A DNA stretch of 32,000 nt from Candidatus Saccharimonadota bacterium. GTDB taxonomy: Archaea > Micrarchaeota > Micrarchaeia > Micrarchaeales > Micrarchaeaceae. The translations under genes and the position numbers were made by a program. The notes below the pieces were generated by a model that ran no database searches, had not been told where the DNA came from, and was given only the letters and a program-made list of their open reading frames with translations. Of the stretch, positions 26,008 to 32,000 are shown one piece after another. Location of the stretch: the NCBI RefSeq assembly GCF_002214165.1, contig NZ_CP019964.1:180001-212000 (forward strand), read 5' to 3'. Positions within the stretch are counted from its first letter, which is position 1, and every line of letters starts with the position of its first letter.

Positions 26008-26289
26008 TTACTTGAAAGAAAGATCTGAGGATTCAGCTGACGCTTCCTCACTGTCTTTTTTCGAAGTAGATACTAGAACAACGTCCCCGATATTTTTTAT
26101 GTTTTTGAATAAAACGCTCTTATCCTTCAATATAGCCTGTATATTGTCTTCAGAGACATTTGACCATCCTATCATGAGCAACCTGCCTACTTCTCCATGC
26201 TCCAAATCTACTATCGCATCCTTGACATTTCCCAAGAACTGCCCGCCATCGCTATAGACGTCCATATCGTATACATCAGAAAGCTTCAT
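26008..26289 (-). CDS. PRC-barrel domain protein
   Basis: VYSDGGQFLGNVKDAIVDLEHGEVGRLLM is the PRC-barrel pattern (G..lG.v.D...D...g.v). The C-terminal tail is acidic. Confidence 0.7.
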   Translation of the reverse strand: MKLSDVYDMDVYSDGGQFLGNVKDAIVDLEHGEVGRLLMIGWSNVSEDNIQAILKDKSVLFKNIKNIGDVVLVSTSKKDSEEASAESSDLSFK

Positions 26290-26495
26290 TGTACCACAGA
26301 TAAGATTTATGTTGAATAAGTTTAAATGTTTTGTTATATTCTTGGCAATAACACAATGTTTTTAATACTACCAAATTCCAAATTTTATTATAGGAAGTAA
26401 GGTTTTAGGCATAATTTAAGATAGAAAATAATTTCCTTCCTTAAAGTAAATTTACCGAAAGCTTTAAATATCTATTTGTTATTATCCATAATATG

Positions 26496-26511
26496 CAGAA
26501 AAGTTTATAAA
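26496..26511 (+). promoter_or_regulatory. Candidate BRE + TATA box of tfb
   Basis: The purine-rich CAGAAAAG is followed by TTTATAAA (26504-26511), about 60 nt upstream of ATG 26570. This predicts a roughly 35-nt leader containing the SD-like GGGGAT. Confidence 0.4.
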
Positions 26512-26569
26512 TGTTTTGTAAAATTTAAATTTCGTGTTTCTGCTTTCTAAAGTAACAAGGGGATGCAAT

Positions 26570-27598
26570 ATGGCCAATGAAATAAATAAAGATGAAAACA
26601 ACGAAAAGATATCGAAGAAAAGGGGAAGGCCAAAAGGAAGCCATTCGCTTACAGCGAAGGAGCTTTCCGATGAAGAAGCAGTGACGGCCGGCCCTATAAA
26701 GGTATGCCCCAGCTGTGGCAGTACCGATATACTGTATGATAGCGAGCGTGGAGAACTTGTATGCAACAACTGCGGATTAGTAATAGAAGATGAAATAACT
26801 GATACCGGCCCCGAATGGAGAGCTTTCGATTCAGACCAAAGGAATTCAAGGTCAAGGACAGGAGCCCCTATGAAGTACACAAGGCCAAACAAGGGATTAG
26901 TGACAGAGATAGACCTTTACAATAAAGATATAAGAGGAGTAAGAATACCATCCAAAAGACAGGCACAGCTTTACAGGATGAGGAAATGGCACAAGAGGGC
27001 CAGCATAGCAAGCTCAAGCGAAAGGAACTACCTTATTGCGCTTCCAGAGCTTACCCGTGTGTCAAGCTACCTTGGATTGCCTGAGAACATCAGGGAGCAG
27101 GCTGCATTGATGTACAGGAAATGCGTACAAAACAACCTTATAAGAGGAAGGCCTATAGAAACAGTGGTCCAGGCAGTTATATATGCGTCTTGCAGGAAAG
27201 CCGGAATGCCAAGGACCCTTGACGAGATAGCAAATATATCAGGATTGCCTAAAAAAGAGATAGGCAGGGCATACAGGGCAATATCCCATGAGCTTAACCT
27301 CAAGATACCTCTTACCGATCCAATAAGCTATGTGCCGAGGTACATAAACTCATTGAAGCTTAGCGGCGAGGCACAGGAAAAAGCCATAGAATTGCTGAAA
27401 GAAGCAATGAAGAAAGGCCTGGTGTCGGGCAGAAGCCCAACAGGGGTCAGCGCGGCTGCAGTATACATAGCAGGCGCACTTGCCGGAGAGCGCAGGACCC
27501 AGAAGGAAGTTGCGGACGTAGCAGGAGTTACAGAAGTGACTATAAGGAACAGGTACAGGGAATTGAAAGAGCAGCTAAACATAGATGTAAATCTTTGA
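26570..27598 (+). CDS. tfb: Transcription initiation factor B (TFB) with N-terminal AT-hook extension
   Basis: The Zn-ribbon is CPSCGS...CNNCG, the B-reader/linker is GPEWRAF, and two cyclin-fold repeats follow. ATG 26570 is preceded by GGGGAT with a 5-nt spacer. A BRE/TATA lies at 26496-26511. The ORF track begins at GTG 26534. An alternative downstream start is GTG 26681. Confidence 0.93.
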   Translation: MANEINKDENNEKISKKRGRPKGSHSLTAKELSDEEAVTAGPIKVCPSCGSTDILYDSERGELVCNNCGLVIEDEITDTGPEWRAFDSDQRNSRSRTGAPMKYTRPNKGLVTEIDLYNKDIRGVRIPSKRQAQLYRMRKWHKRASIASSSERNYLIALPELTRVSSYLGLPENIREQAALMYRKCVQNNLIRGRPIETVVQAVIYASCRKAGMPRTLDEIANISGLPKKEIGRAYRAISHELNLKIPLTDPISYVPRYINSLKLSGEAQEKAIELLKEAMKKGLVSGRSPTGVSAAAVYIAGALAGERRTQKEVADVAGVTEVTIRNRYRELKEQLNIDVNL

Positions 27599-27687
27599 TT
27601 TTTGCATCTATGCCTTCCCTGATCTAAAATTAGGGAAGGAGTGTCTGCTAGGTAATTTTTATAGATTAGGGTTATAGTGGTAGTTTT

Positions 27688-28251
27688 ATGCTGAGATCAC
27701 ATGCATCAAAGGCCGTTTTTGCAGCCGTACTGCTTTTGCTTATAATATTTCTAGCTTACGCCTACGGATCCGAAAGGCTTTATGGAGGGCCATCAGTGAA
27801 TACAAGCATATATTCAGTGAATAACATAAACAACTTCAGCGAGGTTTACAATACGACATTGAAATATGTGACATTGGTGAACAAAAGCAGCTACATAGTG
27901 TTTTATCCAAACCTTAAAGGCGCATACGCAAATCTCTCCAAGGCAAAGAACTTGTCAAAAGAGAACCCTGCAGTGGCATACAGCCTTCTGGAAGATTCAT
28001 ACAAATCCGCAAGCCTGCAACTCAAGAGGATAGGCACTTATCGTCTGCCAACCCTTATAATACTAATAGTTTTGACAGCATTAAGCTCGCTGTACCTTTA
28101 TTATCTTATGGAGCCAGTCAAGAGGCAGCCTAAGCAAAAGCCCTATGCAGATGTTAAAAAAGAGAAGGGTGAAAAGCCAAGGAAAGCAGCAAGCCATCGT
28201 AAAAATATGGCAAAAAGAGGAAAGAAAGGGGCAAAGAGGACAAAGAAATGA
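27688..28251 (+). CDS. Bitopic membrane glycoprotein-like protein with polybasic cytoplasmic tail (hypothetical)
   Basis: It has an N-terminal signal/TM segment (AVFAAVLLLLIIFLAYAYG), a roughly 100-aa ectodomain with 6 N-x-S/T sequons and a second TM (LPTLIILIVLTALSSLYLYYLM). In the last 46 residues, 20 are K or R. Confidence 0.65.
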   Translation: MLRSHASKAVFAAVLLLLIIFLAYAYGSERLYGGPSVNTSIYSVNNINNFSEVYNTTLKYVTLVNKSSYIVFYPNLKGAYANLSKAKNLSKENPAVAYSLLEDSYKSASLQLKRIGTYRLPTLIILIVLTALSSLYLYYLMEPVKRQPKQKPYADVKKEKGEKPRKAASHRKNMAKRGKKGAKRTKK

Positions 28252-28362
28252 AATTTGCACTTTTTTGCCTAATTACGTTTTTTAACGAAAAATCCTGATT
28301 TTTGTATAATAAGCTTAAATATGTTTGGCAATTTAATATACTATGGATATGGAGTGGTGTAG

Positions 28363-28608
28363 ATGAAATACTTGAAGGATAGAGTGGAAGAAGGAATGGA
28401 ATTGGACCTTAAAGTAAACGCAAAGGATCCAAGAGGGGAAGGCATAGGTAGAGTAGGAGACTATGTAATTTTCATAAAGAACGCAAAGACCCGTGTTGGA
28501 GCCAGCTACAAGGTAAAAGTGGTAAAGGTAAACAGAACCTTTGGATATGCACAGCTTGTAGATAACGACAAGCAGTTCTTCGGAAATGGAAGCCTGTTGG
28601 AACTTTAA
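28363..28608 (+). CDS. TRAM-domain RNA-binding protein
   Basis: PRGEGIGRVGDYVIFIKNAKTRVGASYKVKVVKVNRTFGYAQLV is the stand-alone archaeal TRAM pattern. GGTG lies 3 nt upstream of the ATG. Confidence 0.8.
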   Translation: MKYLKDRVEEGMELDLKVNAKDPRGEGIGRVGDYVIFIKNAKTRVGASYKVKVVKVNRTFGYAQLVDNDKQFFGNGSLLEL

Positions 28609-28620
28609 TTTTTTTATTTT
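28609..28620 (+). terminator. Oligo-T terminator candidate after the TRAM gene
   Basis: TTTTTTTATTTT begins directly after the TAA stop. Confidence 0.4.
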
Positions 28621-28727
28621 AAACTTTAATTACCTGAATTTTTAAGCATAATTTTTATATTTTAGTTATGTTATCCTATAGATTTTTATTTTAAAAGCTA
28701 TTTTAGTTTAAACCAGAGGTATATACT

Positions 28728-29372
28728 ATGGACGAAAAAGCATTAATCAAATACATGAAGGGAACAACGACAGTTGGAATTATATGCAAGGATGGAGTAG
28801 TGCTTGGCGCTGATTCTAGGGCTACTATGGACACATTTATTGCCAGTAAAGAAGCGAGGAAGGTATGGCAGATAGATGAGAACATAGGAATGACAATAGC
28901 TGGAGGAGTAGGAGATGCAGAGGAAATAATAAGGGTAATAAAGATACAGAATGAGATTTATAAGATGAATGAGAACAAGATGATGTCCCCTAAAGTCGTA
29001 ACCAATCTTCTTTCAATAATATTGCAGCAGAACAAGATGATGCCATTTATGGTACAGCTCATCGTCGGAGGAGTTGATAGCGAAGGCAAGCCTCAATTAT
29101 TCAATCTTGATCCAGTAGGAGGATACACCGATGAATCCAAATTCACATCCACAGGAAGCGGATCTCTCGAAGCGCTGGGTTACCTGGAGGATGCTTACAA
29201 GGACAATCTTACAGTCAAGGATGGAATCAGGATTGCGAAGAGGGCTGTTTCAATAGCAATGAGCAGGGATTCAGCAACAGGAAACAATATAGCGATAGCC
29301 GCGATCACAAAGAACGGGTACAAGGAGTACAGCGGCAAGGAGCTTGAGAAAGAGGTTTCTTCATCAAAATAA
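28728..29372 (+). CDS. psmB: Proteasome subunit beta
   Basis: The 12-aa propeptide ends in G|TTTVGIICKDGVVLGADSRAT, which carries the active-site Thr1. GAGGT lies upstream of the ATG. Confidence 0.93.
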   Translation: MDEKALIKYMKGTTTVGIICKDGVVLGADSRATMDTFIASKEARKVWQIDENIGMTIAGGVGDAEEIIRVIKIQNEIYKMNENKMMSPKVVTNLLSIILQQNKMMPFMVQLIVGGVDSEGKPQLFNLDPVGGYTDESKFTSTGSGSLEALGYLEDAYKDNLTVKDGIRIAKRAVSIAMSRDSATGNNIAIAAITKNGYKEYSGKELEKEVSSSK

Positions 29373-29388
29373 TTTTTCTTTTTATTTT
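29373..29388 (+). terminator. Oligo-T terminator candidate after psmB
   Basis: TTTTTCTTTTTATTTT begins directly after the TAA stop. Confidence 0.4.
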
Positions 29389-29444
29389 AGAATATTCTTT
29401 TTTTACAGATATAAATTAAAAATAAATTAATAAGTAGTGATTTT

Positions 29445-31400
29445 TTGGAAGACCAAGTCAAAAAAGAGGATCAGTCAAAGATAAAAGCAACAGAAATTTT
29501 CAACCAGATAAAGAGCATGCTGCCCGCATCAGCAGATTACGTTAAGGCAGAGTTTGAAGGGCCAGACATAGTAGTGATAGTAAAGAACATCAAGGCAGTC
29601 TATAACGACGAATCAATTGTTAGGAATATAGCGTCACTGATAAAGAAGAAGCTAATTATACGCTCGGACAGTTCAGTCCTTATGAATCCGGAGCAGGCAT
29701 TGGAGAGGATTAAGGAGTTAATACCAAAGGAGGCAGGGATTACAAGCATAAAGTTCGTTCCAGAATTTGCGGAGGTTTACATAGAATCATTGAAGCCAGG
29801 CCTTGTAATAGGCAAGGAGGGATCAACGATAAAAAGCATAGTAAACGATACAAAGTGGTCTCCAAAAATACTGAGATCCCCAACGATGAACAGCGACACG
29901 ATAAAGGGGGTTAGGCAGCTGCTTTACAACGAAAGCGCATTTAGAAAGAAGTTCCTGCTCGGCGTAGGAAAGAAAATAAATAACGTGCTGATGAAGAGCG
30001 AATGGCTTAAGGCAACGGCTTTGGGGGGATTCAGGGAGGTAGGAAGGAGCAGCCTTCTGCTGGAAACACCGAATTCAAAAGTGATAATCGACTGCGGAAT
30101 AAGCCCGGAGCCTGGTATAAAAGGGCTTGATGCAAATGCTGGATCGGAGGGCAACAAGGCATTCCCTTACCTGGACAGCGCCAACATAACGATGAATGAC
30201 ATAGACGCGGTCATACTTACGCACGGCCACATGGATCATATAGGATTCGTGCCATACCTATTCAAGTACGGCTACGATGGGCCTGTATACTGCACCCCTC
30301 CAACAAGGGATCTTGCAGCTCTTCTTCTTAACGATTACACAAGGCTGGTAGCCCATAGCGGAGGAACGCCTTTGTATGACGAGAAGGATATAAGGAAGAT
30401 GCTTACGCATATGATAACAAGGGATTACAAAGAGGTAACGAATGTAACAGATGAGCTTAAGCTGACTTACCACAACGCAGGGCATATATTGGGAAGCGCA
30501 ACGGTGCACCTTCATTACGGGGAAGGAATGTACAATATAGTGCACAGCGGTGATATGAAATACGGCTTCACAAGGCTATTTGACCCTGCCGCCACTGATT
30601 ACCCAAGGATAGATGCGTTCTTCACGGAAAGCACTTACGGAGGGCCTCATGACATAACCCAGGACAGGCACGATTCAGAAAAGAACCTTATGTCGATCAT
30701 AAAGAAGACTACGGACAATGGGGGAAAAGTGCTTATACCCCTCTTTGCAGTGGGAAGAAGCCAGGAGATACAGCTTGTCATAGAGTCCTACTTCAAGAGC
30801 TACGGACTGGATGTTCCGGTTTATCTAGACGGAATGATAATAGAGGCAAATGCTATACACACCGCCTATCCAGAATACCTAAAGGAAGGGCTTAGGAGGA
30901 AGATACTAAACAACAACTCGCCTTTCGAAAGTGAGATATTCGAAGTTATAAAGGGAGAGCGCGAAAACGTTATAGACGCGCAGGGCCCAGCAATAATACT
31001 CGCAAGCGGAGGAATGCTGAACGGAGGTGCGAGCGTAGAGTACTTCAGGAGGCTTGCAGGCGATGAGAGGAACTCGTTAATCTTTGTCGGTTACAACAGC
31101 GCAAACTCCTTAGGAAGGAAGATACAGAATGGTGTGAAAGAGGTCCCTCTGCCCGACCCTGATGGGAGATTCGTGCCTACGGAAGTCAAGATGGGCGTCA
31201 ATGTAGTGGAAGGATTCTCAGGCCACAGCGACAGGAGGCAGCTGATGGATTTCGCAAAGCACCTAACCGTAAGGCCAAAGAACGTGTTCACAATGCATGG
31301 AGAGGAATCCAAATGCGTTGACCTGGCGGACACCCTTGGAAGGGCACTTCATGCGAATGCAAGGGCACCTATGAATCTGGACACGATACGCCTCAAATGA
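29445..31400 (+). CDS. aCPSF1: aCPSF1-type beta-CASP ribonuclease (two KH domains + metallo-beta-lactamase + beta-CASP)
   Basis: The N-terminal KH region contains LVIGKEGSTIKSI. The MBL motif is LTHGHMDHIG, followed by beta-CASP and C-terminal HGE motifs. The roughly 650-aa length is typical. The TTG start at 29445 is preceded by GTGAT (29437-29441) with a 3-nt spacer. Confidence 0.92.
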   Translation: MEDQVKKEDQSKIKATEIFNQIKSMLPASADYVKAEFEGPDIVVIVKNIKAVYNDESIVRNIASLIKKKLIIRSDSSVLMNPEQALERIKELIPKEAGITSIKFVPEFAEVYIESLKPGLVIGKEGSTIKSIVNDTKWSPKILRSPTMNSDTIKGVRQLLYNESAFRKKFLLGVGKKINNVLMKSEWLKATALGGFREVGRSSLLLETPNSKVIIDCGISPEPGIKGLDANAGSEGNKAFPYLDSANITMNDIDAVILTHGHMDHIGFVPYLFKYGYDGPVYCTPPTRDLAALLLNDYTRLVAHSGGTPLYDEKDIRKMLTHMITRDYKEVTNVTDELKLTYHNAGHILGSATVHLHYGEGMYNIVHSGDMKYGFTRLFDPAATDYPRIDAFFTESTYGGPHDITQDRHDSEKNLMSIIKKTTDNGGKVLIPLFAVGRSQEIQLVIESYFKSYGLDVPVYLDGMIIEANAIHTAYPEYLKEGLRRKILNNNSPFESEIFEVIKGERENVIDAQGPAIILASGGMLNGGASVEYFRRLAGDERNSLIFVGYNSANSLGRKIQNGVKEVPLPDPDGRFVPTEVKMGVNVVEGFSGHSDRRQLMDFAKHLTVRPKNVFTMHGEESKCVDLADTLGRALHANARAPMNLDTIRLK

Positions 31401-31419
31401 ACTAATAGGATAAGTGGAA

Positions 31420-31473
31420 GGCATTGGGAATCGCCCTGTCCTTATAGGCAGGGCTTCTGCCATGTCTATTTTT
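31420..31473 (+). terminator. Nested hairpin plus T5 tract after aCPSF1
   Basis: The outer stem is GGCA (31420-31423) with TGCC (31458-31461). The inner stem is GCCCTG (31433-31438) with CAGGGC (31449-31454). TTTTT follows at 31469-31473. Confidence 0.35.
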
Positions 31474-31603
31474 GGATATTATTTTTAGCAATCGTCTTTT
31501 ACGAGCCTGCCTAATATTTTCATTATGCTCAGCATTATCGCAAGAATCCCCCTATTTCAGGATCCTTGATATCTTTCAAAATGGTCCAGATACAATTAAC
31601 TTT

Positions 31604-31611
31604 TTTATAAA
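31604..31611 (+). promoter_or_regulatory. Candidate TATA box for the 3'-terminal partial ORF
   Basis: TTTATAAA lies 41-48 nt upstream of TTG 31652. Confidence 0.3.
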
Positions 31612-31651
31612 TCTTTATCTTTACAACACTTAAGCCCCAAGCAATACAGAA

Positions 31652-32000
31652 TTGGAAGCGAACTACAGTCTTGTGGCATCAGCCATATATGGCCTCGCAG
31701 GCGCAGGCATAGGCGATGTAGCCAATCCAGCAATTACCTATGTGCTTTCAGGCGGACAGGCAACATCCTTGCCTTATCTGGAGATTGTTAAGATAAATAG
31801 CCAAACCTACAGTGACTACAAGAAGCTTCTTTTACATTTTGGAAATGCATTCCTTAATAAATACGAAGACGAACGCAGGAGGAATCTCTTCATAATGACC
31901 ATGGCCAAGAAGGGGTACTATAAAGCGATTGAAGATCAACTTAAAGAGCTGTGCTTTGTCGAGATAGAAAAGATTTTTAACAAGGTGCAGGAATTAAAAG
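31652..32000 (+). CDS. Hypothetical protein, 3'-truncated by window end (not in the supplied ORF track)
   Basis: My own translation gives a stop-free frame from the TAA at 31631-31633 to the window end, at least 116 codons: LEANYSLVASAIYGLAGAGIGDVANPAITYVLSGGQATSLPYLEIVKINSQTYSDYKKLL...AIEDQLKELCFVEIEKIFNKVQELK. Candidate starts are TTG 31652 or GTG 31673. The first ATG comes about 75 codons downstream of the TTG. TTTATAAA lies at 31604-31611. Confidence 0.5.
   Translation, partial: MEANYSLVASAIYGLAGAGIGDVANPAITYVLSGGQATSLPYLEIVKINSQTYSDYKKLLLHFGNAFLNKYEDERRRNLFIMTMAKKGYYKAIEDQLKELCFVEIEKIFNKVQELK

Noticed and set aside
26482-26892. A 136-aa minus-strand ORF overlapping the tfb promoter and 5' coding region
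   Set aside because: It is a shadow ORF opposite a conserved gene. It has S/L/F-rich low-information composition and no start signal.
1-32000. A search by eye for tRNA, rRNA, C/D-box sRNAs (RUGAUGA...CUGA pairs), CRISPR repeats, IS elements/transposases, integrases and known defence genes
   Set aside because: I found none. The intergenic regions are short and AT-rich, without GC-rich cloverleaf-like segments. Isolated TGATAA or CTGA matches lack a partner box. No direct-repeat arrays were seen. A covariance-model scan (tRNAscan/Infernal) would be needed to be definitive.

Overview
AT-rich archaeal chromosomal segment (about 35-40% G+C judged by eye, not computed), tightly packed on both strands. 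I call 37 protein-coding genes, two of them cut by the window edges. The archaeal assignment rests on TFB, aIF5B, EF-1alpha, Alba, RFC small subunit, a class-I CCA-adding enzyme, proteasome beta and aCPSF1. The SOD, NDK, LplA-like and DUF59 genes and the high I/K/N protein composition suggest an aerobic, low-GC lineage (Thermoplasmata-like or DPANN-like). I cannot resolve the lineage without a database search.

The content is mostly core housekeeping:
- Information processing: Alba, AspRS, MetAP, CCA enzyme, Fap7-like NTPase, DUF357 + Trm1, DEAD-box helicase, aIF5B, EF-1alpha + S10, RFC-S, TFB, TRAM protein, PsmB, aCPSF1.
- Redox and cofactor genes: Fe/Mn SOD, DUF59, DUF1059, NDK, an LplA-like protein.
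- Envelope and transport genes: a CARDB-like surface glycoprotein, a GT2, YceI, a CPA2 antiporter.
- About ten orphan ORFs.

I recognised no rRNA, tRNA, CRISPR array, IS element, integrase or known defence genes. I do not see a convincing novel multi-gene system, and this looks like an ordinary core region. The observations most worth a second look are single-gene or signal-level oddities:
- TFB has a roughly 45-residue N-terminal extension carrying a textbook AT-hook (KKRGRPKGS).
- A single-cassette AAA ATPase has a roughly 300-aa TPR-like N-domain, a Vps4-like 'ATNEPW' signature and a non-aromatic pore loop.
- The LplA-like protein has a degraded adenylate-binding motif.
- Translation starts split into two modes, GGTGAT-type SD sites (several on TTG/GTG starts) versus leaderless genes behind TTTATAAA boxes. 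I used this split to re-call eight ORF-track starts.
- Several GC-rich hairpins and palindromes stand out against the AT-rich background.

All family calls come from motif recognition by eye, and no searches were run.
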